DNA from: Eledone cirrhosa | Taxonomy: Eukaryota | DNA: 64,000 nt | Assembly (NCBI GenBank): GCA_964016885.1 | Contig: OZ024743.1 | Location: forward strand, 139,190,001-139,254,000 | Direction of reading: 5' to 3' | In this document: one piece after another, positions 12,001 through 22,560 of the stretch | How the letters are laid out: every line of letters starts with the position of its first letter | Numbering within the stretch: position 1 is the first letter of the stretch | Position numbers and translations under genes: made by a program | Notes under the pieces: model-generated | Told to the model about the DNA's origin: nothing | Seen by the model: only the letters and a program-made list of their open reading frames with translations | The model's database searches: none

Positions 12001-15000
12001 TGCTTGGTGCTTGGTGTTAGGTGTTTGGTGCTTGGTGATTGGTGTTTGATGTTAGGTTCTTGGTGCTTGGTGTTTGGTGTTTGGTGCTTGGTGCTTGGAG
12101 TTTGGTGTTTGGTGCTTGGTGCTTGGTGCTTGGTGCTTGGTGTTAGGTGTTTGGTGCTTGGTGCTTGGTGTTTGGTGCTTGGTGCTTTGTGTTTGGTGCT
12201 TGGTGTTTGGTGCTTGGTGCTTGGTGCTTGGTGCTTGGTGTTAGGTGTTTGGTGCTTGGTGATTGGTGTTTGATGTTAGGTTCTTGGTGCTTGGTGTTTG
12301 GTGTTTGGTGCTTGGTGCTTGGTGTTTGGTGCTTGGTGCTTGGTGCTTGGTGCTTGGTGCTTGGTGTTAGGTGTTTGGTGCTTGGTGATGGGTGCTTGGT
12401 GTTTGGTCCTTGGTGCTTGGTGCATGGTCTTTGGTGCTTGGGTTTTGGTGTTTGGTGCTTGGTGCTTGGTGTTTGGTGCTTGGTGCTTGGTGCTTGGTGC
12501 TTGGTGTTTGGTGATTGCTGCTTGGTGCTTGGTGTTTGGTGCTTGGTGCTTGGTGATTAGTGTTTGGTGATTGGTGCTTGGGGTTTGGTGTTTGGGGCTT
12601 GGTGTTTGGTGCTTAGTGCTTGCTGTTTGGTGTTTGGTGTTTGGTTCTTGGTGCTTGGTGTTTGGTGCTTGGTGTTTGGTGCTTGGTGCTTGGTGCTTGG
12701 TGTTTGGTGTTTGGTGCTTGGTGCCTGGTGCTTGTTGTTTGGTGTTTGGTGCTTAGTGCTTGGTGTTTGGTGTTTGGTGCTTGGTGCTTGGTGGCTGGTG
12801 TTTGGTGCTTGGTGTTTGGAGTTTGGTGCTTGGTGCTTGGTGCCTGGTGTTTCGTGCTTGGTGCTTGGTGCTTGGTGTTTGGTGATTGGTGCTTGGTGTT
12901 TGGTGTTTGGTACTTGGTGCTTGGTGCTTGGTGCTTGGTGCTTGGTGCTTGGTGTTTGATGCTGCGTGCTTGGTGTTTGGTGTTTGGTGCTTGGTGCTTG
13001 GTGTTTGGTGTTTGGAGCTCGGTGCCTGGTGCTTGTTGTTTGGTGTTTGGCGCTTGGTGCTTGGTGTTTGGTGTTTGGTGCTTGGTGCTTGGTGCTTGGT
13101 ATCTGGTGTTTGGTGCTTGATGTTTGGTGTTTGGTGCTTGGTGTTTGGTGTTTGGTGCTTGGTGCTTGGTGTTTGGTGCTTGGTGTTTGGTGTTTGGTGT
13201 TTGATGCTTGGTGTTTGCTGCTTGGTGCTTGGTGCTTGGTGTTTTGTGTTTGGTGATTGGTGCTTGGTGCCTGGTGCTTGGTGCTTGGTGCTTGTTGTTT
13301 GGTGCTTGGTGCTTGGTGATTAGTGTTTGGTGCTTGGTGCTTGCGGTTTGGTGTTTGGTGCTTGGGGTTTGGTGCTTGGTGCTTGGTGCTTGGTGTTTGG
13401 TGCTTGGTGCTTGGTGTTTGGTGCTTGGTGCTTGGTGTTTGGTGTTTGGCGTTTGCTGTTTGCTGTTTGGTGTTTGGTGCTTGCTGTTTGGTGCTTGGTG
13501 CTTGGTGTTTGGTGTTTGGTGTTTTGTGCTTGGTGCTTGGTGTTTGGTGCTTGGTGCTTGGTGCTGGGTGTTTGGTGCTTGGTGCTTGGTGTTTGGTGCT
13601 TGGTGCTTGGTGCTTGGTGTTTGGTCCTTGGTGCTTGGTGCTTGGTCTTTGGTGCTTGGGTTTTGGTGTTTGGTGCTTGGTGCTTGGTATTTGGTGCTTG
13701 GTTCTTGGTGCTTGGTGCTTGGTGTTTGGTGATTGCTGCTTGGTGCTTGGTGTTTGGTGCTTGGTGCTTGGTGATTAGTGTTTGGTGATTGGTGCTTGGG
13801 ATTTGCTGTTTGGTGCTTGGTGTTTGGTGCTTGGTGCTTGATGTTTGGTGTTTGGTGTTTGGTTCTTGGTGCTTGGTGTTTGGTGTTTGGTGTCTGGTGC
13901 TTGGTGCTTGGTGACTGGTGTTTGGTGCTTGGTGCTTGGTGCTTGGTGTTTGGTGCTGCGTGCTTGGTGTTTGGTGCTTGGTGCTTGGTGATTATTGTTT
14001 GGTGCTTTGTGTTTGGTGCTTGGTGTTTGTTGCTTGGTGCTTGGTGCTTGGTGCTTGGTGTTAGGTGTTTGGTGCTTGGTGATTGGTGTTTGATGTTAGG
14101 TTCTTGGTGCTTGGTGTTTGGTGTTTGGTGCTTGGTGCTTGGTGTTTGGTGTTTGGTGCTTGGTGCTTGGTGCTTGGTGCTTGGTGCTTGGTGCTTGGTG
14201 CTTGGTGTTTGGTGCTTGGTTCTTGGTGCTTGGTGCTTGGTGTTTGGTGATTGCTGCTTGGTGCTTGGTGTTTGGTGCTTGGTGCTTGGTGATTAGTGTT
14301 TGGTGATTGGTGCTTGGGATTTGCTGTTTGGTGCTTGGTGTTTGGTGCTTGGTGCTTGATGTTTGGTGTTTGGTGTTTGGTTCTTGGTGCTTGGTGTTTG
14401 GTGTTTGGTGTCTGGTGCTTGGTGCTTGGTGCTTGGTGTTTGGTGCTTGGTGCTTGGTGTTTGGTGCTGCGTGCTTGGTGTTTGGTGCTTGGTGCTTGGT
14501 GATTAGTGTTTGGTGCTTTGTGTTTGGTGCTTGGTGTTTGGTGCTTGGTGCTTGGTGCTTGGTGCTTGGTGTTAGGTGTTTGGTGCTTGGTGATTGGTGT
14601 TTGATGTTAGGTTCTTGGTGCTTGGTGTTTGGTGTTTGGTGCTTGGTGCTTGGTGTTTGGTGTTTGGTGCTTGGTGCTTGGTGCTTGGTGCTTGGTGTTA
14701 GGTGTTTGGTGCTTGGTGCTTGGTGTTTGGTGCTTGGTGCTTTGTGTTTGGTGCTTGGTGTTTGGTGCTTGGTGCTTGGTGCTTGGTGCTTGGTGTTAGG
14801 TGTTTGGTGCTTGGTGATTGGTGTTTGATGTTAGGTTCTTGGTGCTTGGTGTTTGGTGTTTGGTGCTTGGTGCTTGGTGTTTGGTGCTTGGTGCTTGGTG
14901 CTTGGTGCTTGGTGCTTGGTGTTAGGTGTTTGGTGCTTGGTGATGGGTGCTTGGTGTTTGGTCCTTGGTGCTTGGTGCATGGTCTTTGGTGCTTGGGTTT

Positions 15001-15050
15001 TGGTGTTTGGTGCTTGGTGCTTGGTGTTTGGTGCTTGGTGCTTGGTGCTT
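1..15050 (+). repeat. About 10.1-10.25 kb-offset duplication of a pair of HOR A units (about 1-4800 repeated at about 10129-15050)
   Basis: Offset 10128 for ORFs 7/10135, 203/10331, 640/10768, 1624/11752. Private variants are shared pairwise: TTGCTAT at 7 and 10135; TTGGTAT at 3437 and 13684; TTGGTGA-CTGG at 3661 and 13908. Confidence 0.85.
1010..2050 (+). repeat. 518-bp (74-unit) internal duplication within the HOR A unit
   Basis: Module TTAGTGT-TTGGTGA-TTGGTGC-TTGGGAT-TTGCTGT recurs at +518 in four copies: ORF starts 1095/1613, 3531/4049, 11223/11741, 13778/14296. Edges approximate. Confidence 0.85.
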
Positions 15051-17560
15051 GGTGCTTGGTGTTTGGTGATTGCTGCTTGGTGCTTGGTGTTTGGTGCTTG
15101 GTGCTTGGTGATTAGTGTTTGGTGATTGGTGCTTGGGGTTTGGTGTTTGGGGCTTGGTGTTTGGTGCTTAGTGCTTGCTGTTTGGTGTTTGGTGTTTGGT
15201 TCTTGGTGCTTGGTGTTTGGTGCTTGGTGTTTGGTGCTTGGTGCTTGGTGCTTGGTGTTTGGTGCTGCGTGCTTGGTGTTTGGTGTTTGGTGCTTGGTGC
15301 CTGGTGCTTGTTGTTTGGTGTTTGGTGCTTAGTGCTTGGTGTTTGGTGTTTGGTGCTTGGTGCTTGGTGGCTGGTGTTTGGTGCTTGGTGTTTGGAGTTT
15401 GGTGCTTGGTGCTTGGTGCCTGGTGTTTCGTGCTTGGTGCTTGGTGCTTGGTGTTTGGTGATTGGTGCTTGGTGTTTGGTGTTTGGTACTTGGTGCTTGG
15501 TGCTTGGTGCTTGGTGCTTGGTGCTTGGTGTTTGATGCTGCGTGCTTGGTGTTTGGTGTTTGGTGCTTGGTGCTTGGTGTTTGGTGTTTGGAGCTCGGTG
15601 CCTGGTGCTTGTTGTTTGGTGTTTGGCGCTTGGTGCTTGGTGTTTGGTGTTTGGTGCTTGGTGCTTGGTGCTTGGTATCTGGTGTTTGGTGCTTGATGTT
15701 TGGTGTTTGGTGCTTGGTGTTTGGTGTTTGGTGCTTGGTGCTTGGTGTTTGGTGCTTGGTGTTTGGTGTTTGGTGTTTGATGCTTGGTGTTTGCTGCTTG
15801 GTGCTTGGTGCTTGGTGTTTTGTGTTTGGTGATTGGTGATTGGTGCCTGGTGCTTGGTGCTTGGTGCTTGTTGTTTGGTGCTTGGTGCTTGGTGATTAGT
15901 GTTTGGTGCTTGGTGCTTGCGGTTTGGTGTTTGGTGCTTGGGGTTTGGTGATTGGTGCTTGGTGCTTGGTGTTTGGTGCTTGGTGCTTGGTGTTTGGTGC
16001 TTGGTGCTTGGTGTTTGGTGTTTGGCGTTTGCTGTTTGCTGTTTGGTGTTTGGTGCTTGCTGTTTGGTGCTTGGTGCTTGGTGTTTGGTGTTTGGTGTTT
16101 TGTGCTTGGTGCTTGGTGTTTGGTGCTTGGTGCTTGGTGCTGGGTGTTTGGTGCTTGGTGCTTGGTGTTTGGTGCTTGTTGCTTGGTGCTTGGTGTTTGG
16201 TCCTTGGTGCTTGGTGCTTGGTCTTTGGTGCTTGGGTTTTGGTGTTTGGTGCTTGGTGCTTGGTGTTTGGTGCTTGGTTCTTGGGGCTTGGTGCTTGGTG
16301 TTTGGTGATTGCTGCTTGGTGCTTGGTGTTTGGTGCTTAGTGCTTGGTGATTAGTGTTTGGTGATTGGTGCTTGGGATTGCTGTTTGGGGCTTGGTGTTT
16401 GGTGCTTGGTGCTTGATGTTTGGTGTTTGGTGTTTGGTTCTTGGTGCTTGGTGTTTGGTGTTTGGTGTCTGGTGCTTGGTGCTTGGTGCTTGGTGTTTGG
16501 TGATTGGTGCTTGGTGCTTGGTGTTTGGTGCTGCGTGCTTGGTGTTTGGTGCTTGGTGCTTGGTGATTAGTGTTTGGTGCTTGGTGCTTGGGGTTTGGTG
16601 TTTGGTGCTTGGGGTTTGGTGTTTGGTGCTTGTAGCTTGGTGTTTGGTGCTTGGTGCTTGGTGTTTGGTGCTTGGTGCTTTGTGTTTGGTGCTTGGTGTT
16701 TGGTGCTTGGTGCTTGGTGCTTGGTGTTAGGTGTTTGGTGCTTGGTGATTGGTGTTTGATGTTAGGTTCTTGGTGCTTGGTGTTTGGTGTTTGGTGCTTG
16801 GTGCTTGGTGTTTGGTGTTTGGTGCTTGCTGCTTGGTGCTTGGTGTTTTGTGTTTGGAGTTTGGTGCTTGGTGTTTGGTGCTTCGGTCTTGGTGTTTTGT
16901 GTATGGTGCTTGGTGCTTGGTGTTTGGTGTTTGGTGCCTGGTGCTTGGTGTTCGGTGCTTGGTGTTTGGTGTTTGGTGATTGGTGCTTGGTGTTTGGTGC
17001 TTGGTGCTTGGTGCTTGGTGCTTGGTGTTAGGCGTTTGGTGCTTGGTGCTTGGTGTTTGATGTTTGGTCCATGGTGCTTGGTGTTTGGTATTTTGTGCTT
17101 GGTGCTTGGTGTTTGGTGTTTGGTGCTTGGTGCTTGGTGTTTGGTGTTTGGTGCTTGCTGCTTGCTGCTTGGTGTTTGGTGCTAGGGGCTTGGTGCTTGG
17201 TGTTTCGTGTTTGGTGCTTGGTGCTTGGTGTTTGGTGTTTGGTGCTTCGTGCGTGGGACTTGGTGTTTGGTGCTTGGTGTTTGGTGCTAGGTGTTTGGTG
17301 CTTGGTGCCTGGTGCTTGGTGATTGGTGTTTGGTGCTTGGTGTTTGGTGCTTGGTGTTTGGTGCTTGGTGTTCGGTGCTTGGTGCTTGGTGTTTGGTGTT
17401 TGCTGTTTGCTGTTTGGTGTTTGGTGTTTGCTGTTTGGTGTTTGCTCTGTGGTGTTTGGTGTTTGGTGCTTGCTGTTTGGTGCTTGGTGCTTGGTGTTTG
17501 GTGTTTGGTGCTTGGTGTTTGGTGCTTGGTGCTTGGTGCTGGGTGTTTGGTGCTTGGTGC

Positions 17561-20500
17561 TTGGTGTTTGGTGCTTGGTGCTTGGTGCTTGGTGTTTGGT
17601 CCTTGGTGCTTGGTGCTTGGTCTTTGGTGCTTGGGTTTTGGTGTTTGGTGCTTGGTGCTTGGTGTTTGGTGCTTGGTGCTTGGTGCTTGGTGTTTGGTGC
17701 TTGCTGCTTGGCGCTTGGTGTTTGGTGCTTGGTGCTTGGTGATTAGTGTTTGGTGATTGGTGCTTGGGGTTTGGTGTTTGGGGGCTTGGTGTTTGGTGCG
17801 TGGTGCTTGCTGTTTGGTGTTTGGTGCTGGGTGTTTGGTGCTTGGTGCTTGGTGTTTGGTGCTTGGTGCTTGGTGCTTGGTGCTTGGTGTTTGGTGCCTG
17901 GTGCTTGGTGCTTGGTGCTTGCTGTTTGGTGTTTGGTGTTTGGTTCTTGGTGCTTGGTGTTTGGTGTTTGGAGCTTGGTGCTTGGTGCTTGGTGTTTGGT
18001 GCTTGGTGCTTGGTGATTAGTGTTTGGTGATTGGTGCTTGGGGTTTGGTGTTTGGTGCTTGGTGTTTGGTGCTTGGTGCTTGCTGTTTGGTGTTTGGTGT
18101 TTGGTTCTTGGTGCTTGGTGTTTGGTGTTTGGTGCTTGGTGCTTGGTGTTTGGTGTTTGGTGCTTGGTGCTTGGTGTTTGGTGCTTGGTGCTTGGTGCTT
18201 GGTGCTTGGTGTTTGGTATTTGGTGTTTGCTGTTTGGTGTTTGGTGCTTGGTGCTTGGTGCTTGGAGCTTGGTGTTTGGTGTTTAGTGCTTGGTGCTTGG
18301 TATTTGGTGTTTGGTGCTTGGTGCTTGGTGTCTGGTGTTTGGTGCTTGGTGCTTGGTGTTTGGTGATTGGTGTTTGGAGACTGGTGTTTGGTGCTTGGTG
18401 CTTGGTGCTTGGTGCCTGGGGCTTGTTGTTTGGTGTTTGGTGCTTGGTGCTTGGTGCTTGGTGTTTGATGTTTGGTCCTTGGTGCTTGTTGTTTGGTGTT
18501 TGGTGCTTGGTGCTTGGTGTTTGGTGTTTGGTGCTTGCTGCTTGCTGCCTGGTGTTTGGTGCTTGGTGATTGGTGCTTGGTGTTTTATGCTTGGTGCTTG
18601 GTGTTTGGTGCTAGGGGCTTGGTGCTTGATGCTTGGTGTTTGGTGCTTGGTGCTTGCTGTTTGGTGCTTGGTGCTTGGTGCTTGGTGTTTGGTGTATGGT
18701 GTTTGGTGCTTGGTGTTTGGTGCTTGGTGCTTGGTGCTGGGTGGTTGGTGTTTGGTGTTTGGTGCTTGGTGATTGGTGCTTATTGTTTGGTGCTTGGTGC
18801 TTGGTGCTTGGTGCTTGGTCTTTGATGCTTGGTGTTTGGTGTTTGGTGCTTGGTGCTTGGTGATTAGTGTTTGGTGCTTGGTGCTTGGTGTTTTGTGCTT
18901 GGTGTTTGGTGCTTGGTGCTTGGTGTTTGGTGTTTGGTGCTTGGTGCTTGGGGCTTGGTGTTTGGTGCTTAGTGTTTGGTGCTTGGTGTTTGGTGCTTGG
19001 CGCTTGGTGCTTGGTGTTTGGTGTATGGTGTTTGGTGCTTGGTGTTTAGTGCTTGGTGCTTGGTGCTGGGTGGTTGGTGTTTGGTGTTTGGTGCTTGGTG
19101 ATTGGTGCTTATTGTTTGGTGCTTGGTGCGTGGTGCTTGGTGCTTGGTCTTTGGTGCTTGGTGTTTGGTGTTTGGTGCTTGGTGCTTGGTGCTTGGTGAT
19201 TAGTGTTTGGTGCTTGGTGCTTGGTGCCTGGTGCTTGGTGCTTGGTGCTTGTTGTTTGGTGCTTGGTGCTTGGTGATTAGTGTTTGGTGCTTGGTGCTTG
19301 GGGTTTGGTGTTTGGTGCTTGGTGTTTGGTGTTTGGTGCTTGGTGCTTGGTGTTTGGTGCTTGGTGCTTGGTGTTTGGTGCTTGGTGCTTTGTGTTTGGT
19401 GCTTGGTGTTTGGTGCTTGGTGCTTGGTGATTGGTGTTTGATGTTAGGTTCTTGGTGCTTGGTGTTTGGTGTTTGGTGCTTGGTGCTTGGTGTTTGGTGT
19501 TTGGTGCTTGCTGCTTGGTGCTTGGTGTTTTGTGTTTGGAGTTTGGTGCTTGGTGTTTGGTGCTTGGTGCTTGGTGTTTGGTGTTTGGTGTTTGGTGTTT
19601 GGTGATTGGTGCTTTGTGTTTGGTGCTTGGTGCTTGGTGCTTGGTTCTTGGTGTTAGGCGTTTGGTGCTTGGTGCTTGGTGTTTGATGTTTGGTCCTTGG
19701 TGCTTGGTGTTTGGTATTTGGAGCTTGGTGCTTGGTGTTTGGTGTTTGGTGCTTGCTGCTTGCTGCTTGGTGTTTGGTGCTAGGGACTTGGTGCTTGGTG
19801 CTTGGTGTTTGGTGCTTGGTGTTTGGTGTTTGGTGCTTGGTGCGTGGGACTTGGTGTTTGGTGCTTGGTGTTTGGTGCTTGGTATTTGGTGCTTGGTGCC
19901 TGGTGCTTGGTGTTTGGTGTTTGGTGCTTGGTGTTTGGTGCTTGGTGTTTGGTACTTGGTGTTCGGTGCTTGGTGCTTGGTGCTTGGTGCTTGGTATTTG
20001 GTGTTTGGTGCTTGGTGCTTGGTGCTTGGTGTTTGGTCCTTGGTGCTTGGTGCTTGGTCTTTGGTGCTTGGGTTTTGGTGTTTGGTGCTTGGTGCTTGGT
20101 GTTTGGTGCTTGGTGCTTGGTGCTTGGTGTTTGGTGCTTGCTGCTTGGCGCTTGGTGTTTGGTGCTTGGTGCTTGGTGATTAGTGTTTGGTGATTGGTGC
20201 TTGGGGTTTGGTGTTTGGGGGCTTGGTGTTTGGTGCGTGGTGCTTGCTGTTTGGTGTTTGGTGCTGGGTGTTTGGTGCTTGGTGCTTGGTGTTTGGTGCT
20301 TGGTGCTTGGTGCTTGGTGTTTGGTGTTTGGTGCCTGGTGCTTGGTGCTTGGTGCTTGCTGTTTGGTGTTTGGTGTTTGGTTCTTGGTGCTTGGTGTTTG
20401 GTGTTTGGAGCTTGGTGCTTGGTGCTTGGTGTTTGGTGCTTGGTGCTTGGTGATTAGTGTTTGGTGATTGGTGCTTGGGGTTTGGTGTTTGGTGCTTGGT

Positions 20501-22560
20501 GTTTGGTGCTTGGTGCTTGCTGTTTGGTGTTTGGTGTTTGGTTCTTGGTGCTTTGTGTTTGGTGTTTGGTGATTGGTGCTTGGTGTTTGGTGTTTGGTGC
20601 TTGGTGCTTGGTGTTTGGTGCTTGGTGCTTGGTGCTTGGTGCTTGGTGTTTGGTATTTGGTGTTTGCTGTTTGGTGTTTGGTGCTTGGTGCTTGGTGCTT
20701 GGAGCTTGGTGTTTGGTGTTTAGTGCTTGGTGCTTAGTATTTGGTGTTTGGTGCTTGGTGCTTGGTGTCTGGTGTTTGGTGCTTGGTGCTTGGTGTTTGG
20801 TGATTGGTGTTTGGAGACTGGTGTTTGGTGCTTGGTGCTTGGTGCTTGGTGCCTGGGGCTTGTTGTTTGGTGTTTGGTGCTTGGTGCTTGGTGCTTGGTG
20901 TTTGATGTTTGGTCCTTGGTGCTTGTTGTTTGGTGTTTGGTGCTTGGTGCTTGGTGTTTGGTGTTTGGTGCTTGCTGCTTGCTGCCTGGTGTTTGGTGCT
21001 TGGTGATTGGTGCTTGGTGTTTTATGCTTGGTGCTTGGTGTTTGGTGCTAGGGGCTTGGTGCTTGATGCTTGGTGTTTGGTGCTTGGTGCTTGCTGTTTG
21101 GTGCTTGGTGCTTGGTGCTTGGTGTTTGGTGTATGGTGTTTGGTGCTTGGTGTTTGGTGCTTGGTGCTTGGTGCTGGGTGGTTGGTGTTTGGTGTTTGGT
21201 GCTTGGTGATTGGTGCTTATTGTTTGGTGCTTGATGCTTGGTGCTTGGTGCTTGGTCTTTGATGCTTGGTGTTTGGTGTTTGGTGCTTGGTGCTTGGTGA
21301 TTAGTGTTTGGTGCTTGGTGCTTGGTGTTTTGTGCTTGGTGTTTGGTGCTTGGTGCTTGGTGTTTGGTGTTTGGTGCTTGGTGCTTGGGGCTTGGTGTTT
21401 GGTGCTTAGTGTTTGGTGCTTGGTGTTTGGTGCTTGGCGCTTGGTGCTTGGTGTTTGGTGTATGGTGTTTGGTGCTTGGTGTTTGGTGCTTGGTGCTTGG
21501 TGCTGGGTGGTTGGTGTTTGGTGTTTGGTGCTTGGTGATTGGTGCTTATTGTTTGGTGCTTGGTGCGTGGTGCTTGGTGCTTGGTCTTTGGTGCTTGGTG
21601 TTTGGTGTTTGGTGCTTGGTGCTTGGTGCTTGGTGATTAGTGTTTGGTGCTTGGTGCTTGGTGCCTGGTGCTTGGTGCTTGGTGCTTGTTGTTTGGTGCT
21701 TGGTGCTTGGTGATTAGTGTTTGGTGCTTGGTGCTTGGGGTTTGGTGTTTGGTGCTTGGTGTTTGGTGTTTGGTGCTTGGTGCTTGGTGTTTGGTGCTTG
21801 GTGCTTGGTGTTTGGTGCTTGGTGCTTTGTGTTTGGTGCTTGGTGTTTGGTGCTTGGTGCTTGGTGATTGGTGTTTGATGTTAGGTTCTTGGTGCTTGGT
21901 GTTTGGTGTTTGGTGCTTGGTGCTTGGTGTTTGGTGTTTGGTGCTTGGTGCTTGGTGTTTGGTGCTTGGTGCTTGGTGTTTGGTGCTTGGTGCTTTGTGT
22001 TTGGTGCTTGGTGTTTGGTGCTTGGTGCTTGGTGATTGGTGTTTGATGTTAGGTTCTTGGTGCTTGGTGTTTTGTGTTTGGAGTTTGGTGCTTGGTGTTT
22101 GGTGCTTGGTGCTTGGTGTTTGGTGTTTGGTGTTTGGTGTTTGGTGATTGGTGCTTTGTGTTTGGTGCTTGGTGCTTGGTGCTTGGTTCTTGGTGTTAGG
22201 CGTTTGGTGCTTGGTGCTTGGTGTTTGATGTTTGGTCCTTGGTGCTTGGTGTTTGGTATTTGGAGCTTGGTGCTTGGTGTTTGGTGTTTGGTGCTTGCTG
22301 CTTGCCGCTTGGTGTTTGGTGCTAGGGACTTGGTGCTTGGTGCTTGGTGTTTGGTGCTTGGTGTTTGGTGTTTGGTGCTTGGTGCGTGGGACTTGGTGTT
22401 TGGTGCTTGGTGTTTGGTGCTTGGTATTTGGTGCTTGGTGCCTGGTGCTTGGTGTTTGGTGTTTGGTGCTTGGTGTTTGGTGCTTGGTGTTTGGTACTTG
22501 GTGTTCGGTGCTTGGTGCTTGGTGCTTGGTGCTTGGTATTTGGTGTTTGGTGCTTGGTGC
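17561..22560 (+). repeat. HOR domain B: 2437-bp tandem unit, two adjacent copies (third copy at about 24.3-27.5 kb)
   Basis: Offset 2437 (347x7+8) for ORFs 17746/20183, 18020/20457, 18290/20727, 18773/21210, 19207/21644. Marker TTGGAGA-CTGG at 18374, 20811, 25817; 8-nt unit at 17778, 20215, 25221. Confidence 0.9.

Larger units (their letters stand above)
1..16570 (+). repeat. HOR domain A: units of about 2.4-2.6 kb (shorter 1.95 kb and longer 2.88 kb variants), interrupted by a different block at about 6.1-8.1 kb
   Basis: Near-identical ORF translations recur at offsets 2443/2436 (203 vs 2646; 1095 vs 3531), 2555 (10331 vs 12886; 11223 vs 13778) and 2576 (12886 vs 15462), all multiples of 7. 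Marker GAGCTC at 332, 2775, 8633, 10460, 13015, 15591. Confidence 0.9.
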
